64,000 nt of DNA from Latescibacteria bacterium UBA6620 (lineage in GTDB: Bacteria > Latescibacterota > UBA2968). The notes beneath the pieces were generated by a model, which saw only the letters and a program-made list of their open reading frames with translations, made no database searches and was not told where the DNA came from. The stretch lies in contig DJHM01000049.1 of assembly GCA_002433075.1 (NCBI GenBank), forward strand, positions 12,164 to 76,163. The letters run 5' to 3'. Below are positions 30,753-40,962 of the stretch, one piece after another (within the stretch, counting starts at the first letter, position 1; every line of letters starts with the position of its first letter). The position numbers and the translations under genes were made by a program.

Positions 30753-31868
30753 ATGGCTGACAGTCAGATTTATGAAAAGATCGGGGCACGGCGTGTCGTA
30801 AACGCGAGCGGGAGTGTGACCGCTTGGGGCGGTTCCAAGCCCTATCCGGAAGTGCTTCAGGCATTGGAGGACGGCAACGTCGGTTTCGTCGAGATGCGAG
30901 AGTTGCTGGAGGTGACGGGCGAGCACCTTGCGAAACAGCTGGGCGTGGAGGCCGCGTACATCACGTCAGGTTGTTACGCAGCGTTGGTGCTGAGTGTGGC
31001 AGCGTGTATGACAGGCCAGGATCGAGAGCTGGCCAACCAGCTCCCCGATACAACCGGGATGAAAAACGAACTCCTATTGATGAAGAAACACCGATACGGC
31101 TACGATCGCGCGTACACGATCGCTGGCGCGAAGATGATTGAGGTCGGAGACGAGAACGGGACGACGAACGAGCAGCTGAACGCGGCTTTTGGGCCGAATA
31201 CGGCCGCCCTCGCGTATCTGGTCAAGTCGGACCCGGATCCCGAGTGTCCCTCGCTCGAAGAGGCGATCGAAATCTCACACAGCCACGGTGTGCCCGTGAT
31301 CGCGGATGCGGCCGCTCAGATTTACCCCCTGGATGAATTTTTCGAGAACGCGCGGTCTGCCGATCTGGTCTGCTTCGGGGGGAAGTACTTCCAGGCTCCC
31401 CACTCGACGGGCTTTGTGTGTGGCAAGAAGGAACTGGTCGAGGCTGTGGTGGACCACGGATTCATCGGGCCGCGACCGTTCGGCAGGGGGATGAAAGTGG
31501 ACCGACAGGAGATCCTCGGATTCGTCGCCGCGTTCGACCACTGGATCGGGATGGATCACGACAAACGCATCGCGGATATGGAAGGGATGTACGACATCAT
31601 CCTGCAGCGGCTGGAGGGCATCCCGACAGTCAAGGAGATGAAGTCCGTACGCAACAACAGCTTTACGGCCGTAGGTTGTCACTTCGTATTGGACACAGAC
31701 GTTCTCGGTAGGGATGCGGAGGCTGTGGCTGAGGAACTACGCAACGGAACGCCTCGTGTCCACGTCAGCACCAGTGGGAACGACACGATTGTCGTCAACG
31801 CGCACAATATGAAGGCGGGGGAAGAACTCGAAGTCGCTGACCGAATGCGACAGGTTCTGAGCGGATAA
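30753..31868 (+). CDS. SelA-like PLP enzyme (DgaE-like)
   Basis: RVVNASGSVT.WGGS, VIADAAA, ADLVCFGGK, FGRGMKV; AAGGAG SD. Confidence 0.82.
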   Translation: MADSQIYEKIGARRVVNASGSVTAWGGSKPYPEVLQALEDGNVGFVEMRELLEVTGEHLAKQLGVEAAYITSGCYAALVLSVAACMTGQDRELANQLPDTTGMKNELLLMKKHRYGYDRAYTIAGAKMIEVGDENGTTNEQLNAAFGPNTAALAYLVKSDPDPECPSLEEAIEISHSHGVPVIADAAAQIYPLDEFFENARSADLVCFGGKYFQAPHSTGFVCGKKELVEAVVDHGFIGPRPFGRGMKVDRQEILGFVAAFDHWIGMDHDKRIADMEGMYDIILQRLEGIPTVKEMKSVRNNSFTAVGCHFVLDTDVLGRDAEAVAEELRNGTPRVHVSTSGNDTIVVNAHNMKAGEELEVADRMRQVLSG

Positions 31869-31877
31869 GGACATTTC

Positions 31878-31917
31878 GAATTAGGGAGTTGAGGAATTAG
31901 GAAATTGTGGAGTTGAC
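31878..31917. repeat. Degenerate 8-mer tandem repeat (intergenic)
   Basis: GAATTAGG GAGTTGAG GAATTAGG AAATTGTG GAGTTGAC. Confidence 0.55.
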
Positions 31918-31988
31918 TGGCCAAATAGCTCGATCGCGCTGCTGACCGTGAGTGTGGGCTTGTTGTTTTCGGAGGTCAGGAGGACGGT

Positions 31989-32912
31989 GTGGGAACGGAA
32001 ATTCGACAGATTCACCAGGAGGGGCCCTATTGCTACACGTACTCGCCCTTTCACACGCCGATTACGACCGTTGAAGTGGGAGAGACGGTCTGCATTCACA
32101 CGGTTGACGCGTTCGAGAACAAGATGACCCCCGAGGTCGAGCATTTCTCGGATGTGTGTACCTATCCGTTCCTCAATCCACAGACTGGACCGATCGTGGT
32201 CAAAGGCGCCGAGCCTGGTGATACGCTCGTAGTGAAGATCGAATCGATCGAGCCGACTCGGGACCACGCTGTAACGGGATTGGTCCCTTATTTCGGGGGG
32301 CTGACGTCGACGAAACCGGATCCAACCCTGCAGGACGCACTCGAAGAGCAGTGGCTGTTTCTACCGATCGACGACGATGGTGTTCGATTCGACGACCAGC
32401 GAACGATTCCGTACGAGCCCTTTATGGGGACGATGGGGGTGGCACCGAAGATCGAAGCGGTAAACGCCCTGACGCCCGACTACTACGGGGGGAATATGGA
32501 CTGCGTCGAAACACGACCGGGAAACGAAGTCTGGTTTCCGGTTTTCGTGGAAGGCGCTCATTTCTTTACGGGTGACGCCCACGCAAGTCAGGGTGATGGC
32601 GAGCTGACAGGAGTTGCGCTCGAAATTCCCGCCAAGGTGACCGTGACCTTCGGTCTGAAGAAGGGCTATGAGATTCAGTGGCCGCGAATCGTGAGCGAGG
32701 ACTTCCTGATGGTCGCGGGAAGTGGCCGTCCCCTCGATGCCGCTGCCCGTATCGCGTGGGTGGAGTTGATCAACTGGCTGGCCGCTGACCACGGATTCGA
32801 TCCCCTCCAGGCCTATCATCTGCTCGGACAGGTCGGCCAGATGCGTCTGGGGAATATGGTCGATCCGAAATACACGATGGTGGCCAAGTTTCCACGGAAG
32901 TACCTGAGTTGA
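31989..32912 (+). CDS. Acetamidase/formamidase family protein
   Basis: NPQTGPIVVKGAEPGD, PFMGTMGVAP, GGNMD, GDAHASQGDGE. Confidence 0.92.
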   Translation: MGTEIRQIHQEGPYCYTYSPFHTPITTVEVGETVCIHTVDAFENKMTPEVEHFSDVCTYPFLNPQTGPIVVKGAEPGDTLVVKIESIEPTRDHAVTGLVPYFGGLTSTKPDPTLQDALEEQWLFLPIDDDGVRFDDQRTIPYEPFMGTMGVAPKIEAVNALTPDYYGGNMDCVETRPGNEVWFPVFVEGAHFFTGDAHASQGDGELTGVALEIPAKVTVTFGLKKGYEIQWPRIVSEDFLMVAGSGRPLDAAARIAWVELINWLAADHGFDPLQAYHLLGQVGQMRLGNMVDPKYTMVAKFPRKYLS

Positions 32913-32919
32913 CTGTCGC

Positions 32920-34356
32920 GTGAGTACCTCAAGACCAAATCTCCTTTTCATCCTGACCGACCAGCAGCGCGCCGACTCGATGGCGTGCTATGGGAACGAC
33001 TATGTCGACGTCCCCAACCTCAATCGCCTGGCGGATGAAAGCTTCGTCTTCGAGAACACCTATGTGTCTCAGCCGGTGTGCAGCCCTTCGCGGGCAACGC
33101 TGCTGACAGGAACCTACCCGCACACCGCCCGTGTGCCCGCCTGCAACATTCCGCTTCCAGAGGATCTGCCGACGATCGCGGAGATGGTGGATGACGAGTA
33201 CGACTGCGCGTGGCTGGGGAAGTGGCACCTGGGTGACGAGATCTTCCCACAACGGGGATTCCCCAAATGGGTGGGCACGGAGGACACCTACCGTCGGTTC
33301 TACTCGAGCGACGAACGCCTGGGCACCCTGAGCGACTACCACCACTTCCTGGTCGAGCAGGGCCTCGAGCCGGATCGGGAGATGCGGGGTCGGAGGATCT
33401 TCTCCCGCCACTTCGAGGCGAGCCTGGAGGAGCGGCTTACGAAGGCGGCGTTCCTTGGCGACCGAACGGCCGATTTCATTCGCGGATCGGGAGACCGACC
33501 GTTTGTGGCGTTCGTCAGTTATCTGGAACCGCATCCGCCGCACACCGGTCCATTCAACGCGATGTACGACCCCGATTTGCTACCGGTAGGGCCGACCTTC
33601 CGGAAGAAGCCAGAGCCTGAAGCGTCCCTGCTCAACCGGGTGATGGCCGCCTACTATATGGAGTCCGACGAGTACGGTCTCGATCTCAGGACCGAGGCGG
33701 GTTGGCGCGAAGTACGCGCACGTTACTGGGGGAACGTCTCTCTCGTCGATCGATCCGTCGGGAAGATTCTCGATGCTCTGGAGGAGAGTGGCCAGGCAGA
33801 CAATACGATTGTCGTGTTCACGAGCGACCACGGTGAGATGGTTGGCGATCACGGGATTCTGGGGAAGTGCGTGATGTACGAAGAGTCGGTCAAGGTGCCC
33901 CTACTGATCCGGATGCCGTCGTCGAAGACTCAAACCCACATACCCGGCAACTTCAGTCACATCGATCTCCTACCCACGTTGCTCGAACTGATGCACCAGC
34001 CTGCCGGGGATCACCTTGAGGGGCGTAGCCGGGCGGGCGTGTTGAACGGCACGGAAGACCTGAACGAGACCGATGTTTTCATCGAGTGGAACGGGAACAA
34101 CGGACATCCGATTCCGGGTGAGGCCGAAGTGAATCCCGCGATGTCGACGCCCTGGCGGTCGATCGTGTCGGCGGATCGGTGGAAACTGAACCTGAGCCCC
34201 CGTGACACCTGCGAACTTTACGACCTGAACGACGATCCCCACGAAGTCGTGAATCTGTACGAGGATCCATCTCATCACGGACGGGTGGCCGATCTCACAG
34301 AACGAATCCGTCAATGGCAGGCCGACACGGAGGACGCCGTAGAGCTACCCGGGTAG
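32920..34356 (+). CDS. Sulfatase
   Basis: RPNLLFILTDQQRAD, CSPSR, GKWHL, PHPP, TSDHGEM. Confidence 0.92.
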   Translation: MSTSRPNLLFILTDQQRADSMACYGNDYVDVPNLNRLADESFVFENTYVSQPVCSPSRATLLTGTYPHTARVPACNIPLPEDLPTIAEMVDDEYDCAWLGKWHLGDEIFPQRGFPKWVGTEDTYRRFYSSDERLGTLSDYHHFLVEQGLEPDREMRGRRIFSRHFEASLEERLTKAAFLGDRTADFIRGSGDRPFVAFVSYLEPHPPHTGPFNAMYDPDLLPVGPTFRKKPEPEASLLNRVMAAYYMESDEYGLDLRTEAGWREVRARYWGNVSLVDRSVGKILDALEESGQADNTIVVFTSDHGEMVGDHGILGKCVMYEESVKVPLLIRMPSSKTQTHIPGNFSHIDLLPTLLELMHQPAGDHLEGRSRAGVLNGTEDLNETDVFIEWNGNNGHPIPGEAEVNPAMSTPWRSIVSADRWKLNLSPRDTCELYDLNDDPHEVVNLYEDPSHHGRVADLTERIRQWQADTEDAVELPG

Positions 34357-34366
34357 AGGTGGAGTA

Positions 34367-34390
34367 AATTGTGGCCCCGGGGCCACTTTT
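34367..34390. repeat. Palindromic repeat copy 1
   Basis: AATTGTGGCCCCGGGGCCACTTTT; first 20 bp identical to 35529-35548. Confidence 0.8.
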
Positions 34391-34410
34391 CGATCTATGA
34401 GACCGTGCTG

Positions 34411-35519
34411 GTGACACCAACCAGCCCGAAAGAGCGAACGACCGGATCGGCGAGGATCGCGTCGGTCGACCAGATACGTGGCTACGCCATCCTCGGGATG
34501 ATGCTCGTCAATGCCAAGGGGCTCTTCTTCAAGCCGATGGCGGCGTGGTTCGAAGCTGGTTCGACGGGGGAAAGCGTCTACAGCTTTCTGATCTACCAGC
34601 TGAGTCATCACCGGACCACATTCAGCTATGCGGATACGATTGCTCCGCTGTTCCTGTTCGTCGTCGGAATGGGGATGCGGCTATCCTGGCTTCGACGAGT
34701 GGAGCAGGTCGGGGGGAACGAGACGAGGAAGGCGTTCGTCAGGCGATTCGGGCTGATGATTCTGATCGCCTTCGGGATCTACGCCGGATGGCTGTGGGAC
34801 GCGTTGATGGACATCGGACTCGCGGGTCTGTTGGCCGTCCCGTTCATCCATCGGGAGCCACGAACACGCATCTTCATCGCTTTTGCCTACGTGGCTGCCT
34901 ACCACGGTCTCTTTCACCTGACGTCCTACGGTGAGTGGATGATGCACCGTCACTGGTCGGCCGATGACGAGACGTACGTCCCGTTGCTCGTGCGGTTGGT
35001 ACCAATCCATAGCGAGCTGTTTAGCGCCCGACTCAACGGAGGGCCGCTCGGGCCGCTGAGCTGGAGTATGATGCTTCTGTTCGGCAGTGTGGCGTATGAT
35101 TGGTTTTCTGGCGACAAGCGGAGATTCGTGGTTCGATCTCTGATGTGGGGCGTGATGCTCTGTCTGTTGGGGCTCGCGCTTCGTTCCGGATGGCTGGGCC
35201 TGAAACCCGAATGGCCCTTTTCCGCCCGCTGGATGACGGCCCCTTTTCCGCTTTGGGCGACCTGCCTCTGCCTCTTTCATCTGCTGGCCTTCCATTTCAT
35301 CTGCGACAGGCTGAATCTTCGAATTCCTACGTGCACGGTCGTCGGTATGAACCCTCTCGTGATCTACATCATTCATATCCCCGTCCTCGATGTGGCGGAC
35401 GGATTTCGACCGGAACACTCTCCGCTCCAGTCGGGCTGGTTGGCTTCGTACTGTTTTACGCCGCCTTCGCAGGGCTCGCACGGGAACTTTACAAGCGGAG
35501 AGTCCTTATCAAGATCTGA
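34411..35519 (+). pseudogene. HGSNAT/DUF5009-like membrane acyltransferase, frameshifted near the 3' end
   Basis: RIASVDQIRGYAILGM.LVN, ADTIAPLFLFVVGM, GMNPLVIYI; the family-type C-terminus LYKRRVLIKI* lies in another frame (35100..35519), implying an indel near 35410-35430; start approximate. Confidence 0.7.
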
Positions 35520-35527
35520 TAGGCATT

Positions 35528-35553
35528 TAATTGTGGCCCCGGGGCCACAATTA
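35528..35553. repeat. Palindromic repeat copy 2 (perfect 26-bp palindrome)
   Basis: TAATTGTGGCCCC/GGGGCCACAATTA. Confidence 0.85.
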
Positions 35554-35645
35554 CACACTTCAGAGGGTCTATGAGCCTAAAAGTCGTGTTTGTTAGATAT
35601 TTTGTAAAACAAACCTGATATTTATCTGTCCCCTGGATACTCTGT

Positions 35646-35661
35646 GTAAAGGTAGCTTTAC
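35646..35661. promoter_or_regulatory. Putative operator for the XRE regulator
   Basis: GTAAAG-N4-CTTTAC inverted repeat just upstream of the SD of the membrane-protein/XRE pair. Confidence 0.5.
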
Positions 35662-35684
35662 TTTCTTGCAGAAAGGAGCAGGCG

Positions 35685-36105
35685 ATGGATGAACCCGCGA
35701 TGGAACAAGGTGGCTGGGTCGCGCGCAGCACGAGAAGTACGATTCGTCTTGTCTGTTGGTCGATCGCGTGGGTGGGGAACGATGGTGCTGGTTGACAAGG
35801 CCGGACTCTACGGCTGGTTTTCCACTCCGGAGATGTCGATGCTGGCGGTTGTGGTGAATGCAGCCATTGGAGTGGGGCTGATCAGGATATTTGTTCGATA
35901 TCTGAAGGACCTGGACGAGCTACAACGAAAGATTCAACTCGATTCCCTCGCGCTGGCAATGGGCGTCGGGCTGGTGACCAGCTTCAGCTACTCCCTTCTG
36001 GTCACGACTGGCCACGTGGTCCAGGCGGACGTTTCCGATGTCACGCTGATCGTGATTCTGACCTATATGGGGGCCACTATCCTCGGGCAGGTAAGGTACC
36101 GATGA
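35685..36105 (+). pseudogene. Small membrane protein coupled to XRE regulator, +1 frameshift in a G run
   Basis: AAAGGAG SD then ATG 35685 MDEPAMEQGGW...SIAWVG; removing one G at 35774-77 joins it to TMVLVDKAG...LDELQRKIQLDSLA. Confidence 0.6.
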
Positions 36106-36305
36106 AGAACCGCCTGAAGGTTCTCCGGGCGGAGCGCGATTGGACTCAGGCGGATCTGGCTGCTGCGCTGGACGTCTCTCGACAAACGGTCAACGCGATC
36201 GAGAAGGAGAAATTCGATCCCAGTTTGCCCCTGGCCTTCAGAGTCGTCCGACTCTTCAATTCCAGAATAGAGGATATCTTCGAGGACGAATCGGGGGGGG
36301 GCTGA
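36102..36305 (+). CDS. XRE-family HTH transcriptional regulator
   Basis: MKNRLKVLRAERDWTQADLA..LDVSRQTVNAIEKEKFDPSLPLAF. Confidence 0.93.
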   Translation: MKNRLKVLRAERDWTQADLAAALDVSRQTVNAIEKEKFDPSLPLAFRVVRLFNSRIEDIFEDESGGG

Positions 36306-36306
36306 C

Positions 36307-39300
36307 TCAAGCGAAATCAGCGACGAGCATTTCGCAGCCTTCTTGTGCATACAGCGCCTTTTCCTCTGACGAGGCGGTACGCCACACGAGGAACTGCTTC
36401 CGAACCGCATTCAGAAACGAACGATTGGCGTGCAACCAGAGGCCGTAGTCCCCGCTCAGCCGATCTATCCGGACCTCGATGCTGTAGAGGTGATGGCCAT
36501 CTTCCGAAGGGAGGATGGTCATCTCTACGTTCTGGCTGATGCCGAAATCGTAGGGAGGGAGCCAGACGGTCAGATCGACCGAATAGCTCGGATCCTCGGA
36601 GGATGGGTTCTGCTCCCTGAAGTCGACGTGATCGACTTCGAAGGCGGTTGCTGTGCCTTCGAGATACGACTCGAAGACCCGCACGAGATAGGTTGTGAGA
36701 CTGAGAACGTCCTCCCGTCCGACCGTGAAGGGAAAGGGGAAGGTGAGGTGGTCCCCGTCAGGATCGGGGAGGTCCCACTGCCGGGTGACATCTGGAACGG
36801 CGAGGTTCGCGGCCTGTCGAGCAGGGTAGATCGTGGAGGCGAAGGTGGTTGTCATTACAACGAGGGTGACCCATACGACGGCGAGGGACGAGTAGTTGAC
36901 TTCGAGTCCGCCCAGGCCGAGCTGGGTGGCGGTCAGCAGGACCACCGCAGCCTGTCCTATGAGGTAGCCAAGCACGGCTGCGACCGTTGCGTAGACGGAC
37001 GCCTCTGCTATAAACAGGGCGCCGACGTGGTTGGGCGCGAGGCCGACCGACGTATAGACCGAAATTTCACTCGTCCGTTCGTAGACGGCGCCTAGCATCG
37101 TGTTCAGTACGATCAACGCGGCGAGCAGAATCGGAAGAAACAGGTTTCCCACGCCGGACAGGCCGATCGTACCCATCGAACTGTAAGCGACCACACCCTC
37201 GCCCGCGCTCAGGAACGCTGTGATTGAGACGCGTTTCAGGAAGCTTTCCACCTCCAGTCGAAGATCCACGCGCCTCCCGGCTTGGGGCGTGAAGTCCCCG
37301 ACGGAGATGCTGTAGATTTCGGCTCCGAGTTCGGTGGCCAGGTCCAGTGGGACCAGGAGAGTGTTGGTGACTTCGAAGTGGGAAGCGTGTTCGATTTCGT
37401 TCGACGCTTCTCCCCGGGGGTCGTGCATCTGATCTGCTGCGCTTTCCGGTCGCTCGAAGTCCATCCTGATGGGCGTCATCTGCTCGCCGTCCAGGTCCCT
37501 GAAAGCGTTCAGGCTGTCCGAGTCGACAATGCCGACCACATCGAGACGTCTCCCCATCAGCTGTATCTGTGCCCGGCCGAGATGATGCCTATCGATTCCG
37601 GCGATGGCCGCGAGGTCGCTCGGCAAGATGCAGGACGGTTCGCGGTCGTCCTTGAACCACGACCCAGAAACGAGGAACCGATCGATGCCGCTGATCTTGG
37701 GTTCAACGTGGCTCAATCCGAGGAGGCCGTGAACGTAGCTGGATTTCCCTGTCTCGACTCCATCGAGGAGAGCGGGAAAATCGAAGAAGGCCAGCTTTCC
37801 GAGGACGCGTGTCGTCAGCCAGGCGCGAGCGGCGATGGTCGCCCGGTCCCCGAATTCGCTGTGCAGGTAGTCGTGGACCGGCTCATCGAGAGGGATCCAG
37901 GACCGGTCGCGAATGAGCATCCCCTCATAGCGCGGCTCGTTGTCGATCGGGAGCTTGAAGTAGCTGATCGACGTCTGAACCGATGTCAGTGACAATGCCG
38001 TGAAGGTGAGGAGCGTGAGCGTGATGATCGTCAGGGCGGTGCGAAGCGGTCGCTTTCGAAGGTTGGAGACGCCCAGGGTAATCGCTGTCCACGTTACACT
38101 CAGCCGTCCGACATCGTCCTCGATCACTCCGGTCTCTTCCTGGCGCAGCCGTAGCGTCTCCTTGCCGAACTTCCCGAGGATGATGATCGCGGCCCCGACA
38201 CCGAGGGCGAAGAGAATGAAGGCAAGAAAGACGATGTAGGGTGAGTTGGTGAGCTTGAATGCGGGATGGATGAATCGCAGAGCGAGGAAAAACGCAAAGA
38301 AGAAGAAGGCAAAGCCAAAGAGCCGGCCCTTGGTCGTTGTGGCCCCGATCAGAAGCCGTTCAAAGAAGAGAGAGCAGGGCAGAAGAAGGATAAAATAGAA
38401 AATGACGCCACGAACGGTGTCCGTGGCGGTTCCCATTACTTCTGGGTAGGCTCGCGCCTCCAGGCTCCAGGCCCGGCGGGTCTCGGCAAAGAAACCCGAG
38501 TAATCGAGCGCTTGGAGATTCGCACGCGCCGCCAGAAGCGCGTCCCTGGCTTCTGCGTGAAGATGATCGACCCGGTTGTTCGACACTCCGTACTGTTTCA
38601 GTCGCTTCAGACGGACCTCGTCCAGGATCCACATATCCCGGGCGGCTTTGTATGCGGGGTGGACGATCAGTCCGGGTCCATATCCGGATCCACGTGATTC
38701 GGCCTCGAGCGCCTCGTCGACGTCCCAGATGGCGATCGTTTCGTGCAGCAGACGCTCGGGAGCGTTGAGGAGAAGGAGTTTTTGCCCGTAGAAATCCGAG
38801 CTCATCAACACTTTCAGGGCAGGAGCCCTGCGCCGGGTCTCGCTCCATGGCGAGAAGGTCACTGTTACGCTGCTCTCTCCGGATCCGTGCTCTTCCTGGT
38901 TCGTGACCGGGAAGTAGGCGTACTCGATCGGAGGGGTGTCTCCCCCCGTAAGCACTTTCGTGTTGCTGAGCTGATTCAGGTACGTGGGGTCGATGGTCTC
39001 GATCAGGGTCTGGGACCGCGAGGGAAACAGGACCGTCGTGATCTGATTGGTGGGGTTGTTGTGATTCGCCCACGTTGGGAAATCACTCTCCGCCCCGAAA
39101 TCGGGGGCGGAGATGATGCGGCCCCGTTCGTCGTGATTGTAAGCCATCAGCCGGAGCCGGGTGTTACCGCTGTAGAATTCGTTGAAGCTGATGTCGAACC
39201 GGAATCGGCCGACTCGATCGACTTCTGCCCTGGTTCCGAAGTCTGGTCCCGTGCCGTGGTGCTGTTCATAGGTGGGCCCCCTGGTGGCCATATCTGTGAC

Positions 39301-40962
39301 GAGAACTCGCACGCCCGTTCTGGGGTCTTCGATCCCCTTGGGGAAATAGGTCATCAGGGCGCCGGATACGGGAACGCGTGGCAGGGCAAAGTCGACCTCA
39401 CGGTCGTAGCGAAGAATCCGGCCGGAGATCGGCCGCCCCTGGTCGGTGATGGCGAGATCCGGTCCTTCGGAGACACGGGGATCGGTCGATGCCTGCAGCA
39501 CGGCCTCGGCGAGCGCTTCGGCCTGTACGAGCAGGTTGTCGAAGTCGACGCTTTCGGACACGTCGACCGGTGTGTCCACACGCCGGCGAGACGCCCAGGC
39601 TGTGGCAAGCCCGATGCTCTTTCGGCCGACGAGGAAGACGACTTCCGAATCGAGGGCCAGATCGCTGGCCATATAGTCTTTCCAATCACGACGGCCGAGG
39701 GTTACGGCATCGATCAGGCGGTTCTGGCCCGGATATACGCTGTCGGCATACGACGCGATCAGCTTCGCCATATGACTGACCGTTCCGACGACTTCGAGTC
39801 GGGTCGTGTAGCTGTAGTTGTTGAATGTCCCGTGCGGAAACTGCGCGACCCGGCGGGACTCGCTGGAAAGGTCGATGTCGAGGAAATACTCGAAGTCGAT
39901 CGGACTCTCGGTCGGAGTATAGCCCGCGCTCGATTCGCCACGTGCGTGGCGGTAAGCGAAGTCCCGTGCCCCTCGAAGCGCCTGGAAGTGAGCACCGTTG
40001 ACGACGAAGATGACTTCATTCAAGGAGGGACGGGCGCCAAGCGCTCGGGCGATCTCCAGCACGGTGGCAAGGCCCGTGGCGTTCTCGGCGCCGGGAGCAA
40101 CCGAGGGAACCACGGAGATCGCGTCGTAGAACGTCGAGACGACAATCGGGGACCCGCCCGCCGAAGCTGAACGTGGGCGGGCGATGATGTTCCAGGCGAC
40201 CACTTCTTCCCAGGTCATTCTGGAATCGATGTGAACGGTCGGCGTGGACCGAATCAGTTCCGCGGCGGTCTGTTTGTCGACCCAGTAACGGGGAACGTCG
40301 GCCGGGACGTCGAGCATCTTGGCCTCGGCTTCCTTCCGGGTTACGAAGCCGTCGTCGTGGAAGAGCAAGGCCGCCGCTCCGAGGCTGCGCACCCGCAGGT
40401 AGGCCTGTGCGCTTCCGAAGTCGAGTAATACGATGCTGTTTTCGATCGGTTGGCCGTCCAGTTCGGCGAGCGTTCCCTGCCCACCGTATACGAGAGGACC
40501 TGACACGCCACCGTCGGGGAGTGTTGGAGGCTGGACGTAGTTGGGCCAAAAGGCGTGAATTGGATAGGAAGCGCCGGACGCCTCGACGCGGAGGGTCCCT
40601 CCGTGATCGATGGGCACGGCAACGTCGAAGCTGTCGACCTGAACGTCGTAACCGAGCGATTCGAACGTCCTGCGCGTTTCGAGGTAGGCAGCTCGGTGGC
40701 CCGGATACCCGGGTACGCGTGAACCCAGGGATGCGTAAGCGCGGACGGCTTGCTCGAGCCGGCTACGCGAGACGGTGGTGGACGGGGGGCGTGGATCGGG
40801 GACCTCGGCCTGGACCACGACCGCAGTGGATCGAGCGAAAGTTCCAGGGTCGCCCGCGACGTGGCCGAGAAGGTCACCGACCTGCTCCGGGCCCACGACA
40901 AGGAGTGTGAACAGGAGGATCGTACTCGCCAGGAATACGACGGTTCGAACGACGGCGCGCAT
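36307..40962 (-). CDS. Large membrane protein: M28-peptidase-like N-terminal domain with FtsX/MacB-like permease
   Basis: GSRVPGYPG, GPLVYGG.G, NIIA, YDAISVVP..APGAE..TG; C-terminal NLRKRPLRTALT, LNTMLGAVYERTSEI....SVGL.P, YPARQAA; ATG 40962 overlaps the upstream TGA. Confidence 0.8.
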   Translation of the reverse strand: MRAVVRTVVFLASTILLFTLLVVGPEQVGDLLGHVAGDPGTFARSTAVVVQAEVPDPRPPSTTVSRSRLEQAVRAYASLGSRVPGYPGHRAAYLETRRTFESLGYDVQVDSFDVAVPIDHGGTLRVEASGASYPIHAFWPNYVQPPTLPDGGVSGPLVYGGQGTLAELDGQPIENSIVLLDFGSAQAYLRVRSLGAAALLFHDDGFVTRKEAEAKMLDVPADVPRYWVDKQTAAELIRSTPTVHIDSRMTWEEVVAWNIIARPRSASAGGSPIVVSTFYDAISVVPSVAPGAENATGLATVLEIARALGARPSLNEVIFVVNGAHFQALRGARDFAYRHARGESSAGYTPTESPIDFEYFLDIDLSSESRRVAQFPHGTFNNYSYTTRLEVVGTVSHMAKLIASYADSVYPGQNRLIDAVTLGRRDWKDYMASDLALDSEVVFLVGRKSIGLATAWASRRRVDTPVDVSESVDFDNLLVQAEALAEAVLQASTDPRVSEGPDLAITDQGRPISGRILRYDREVDFALPRVPVSGALMTYFPKGIEDPRTGVRVLVTDMATRGPTYEQHHGTGPDFGTRAEVDRVGRFRFDISFNEFYSGNTRLRLMAYNHDERGRIISAPDFGAESDFPTWANHNNPTNQITTVLFPSRSQTLIETIDPTYLNQLSNTKVLTGGDTPPIEYAYFPVTNQEEHGSGESSVTVTFSPWSETRRRAPALKVLMSSDFYGQKLLLLNAPERLLHETIAIWDVDEALEAESRGSGYGPGLIVHPAYKAARDMWILDEVRLKRLKQYGVSNNRVDHLHAEARDALLAARANLQALDYSGFFAETRRAWSLEARAYPEVMGTATDTVRGVIFYFILLLPCSLFFERLLIGATTTKGRLFGFAFFFFAFFLALRFIHPAFKLTNSPYIVFLAFILFALGVGAAIIILGKFGKETLRLRQEETGVIEDDVGRLSVTWTAITLGVSNLRKRPLRTALTIITLTLLTFTALSLTSVQTSISYFKLPIDNEPRYEGMLIRDRSWIPLDEPVHDYLHSEFGDRATIAARAWLTTRVLGKLAFFDFPALLDGVETGKSSYVHGLLGLSHVEPKISGIDRFLVSGSWFKDDREPSCILPSDLAAIAGIDRHHLGRAQIQLMGRRLDVVGIVDSDSLNAFRDLDGEQMTPIRMDFERPESAADQMHDPRGEASNEIEHASHFEVTNTLLVPLDLATELGAEIYSISVGDFTPQAGRRVDLRLEVESFLKRVSITAFLSAGEGVVAYSSMGTIGLSGVGNLFLPILLAALIVLNTMLGAVYERTSEISVYTSVGLAPNHVGALFIAEASVYATVAAVLGYLIGQAAVVLLTATQLGLGGLEVNYSSLAVVWVTLVVMTTTFASTIYPARQAANLAVPDVTRQWDLPDPDGDHLTFPFPFTVGREDVLSLTTYLVRVFESYLEGTATAFEVDHVDFREQNPSSEDPSYSVDLTVWLPPYDFGISQNVEMTILPSEDGHHLYSIEVRIDRLSGDYGLWLHANRSFLNAVRKQFLVWRTASSEEKALYAQEGCEMLVADFA

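Noticed and set aside
30753-31868. True selenocysteine synthase selA
   Set aside because: Shorter than SelA, no selB/selC nearby, and the context is catabolic; SelA-like only.
38743-40170. Long antisense or alternative-frame ORFs (also 6158-7552, 15181-16368, 18956-20167, 26054-27334, 56597-58342)
   Set aside because: Shadow ORFs of well-supported genes, expected in GC-rich DNA; no recognisable motifs.
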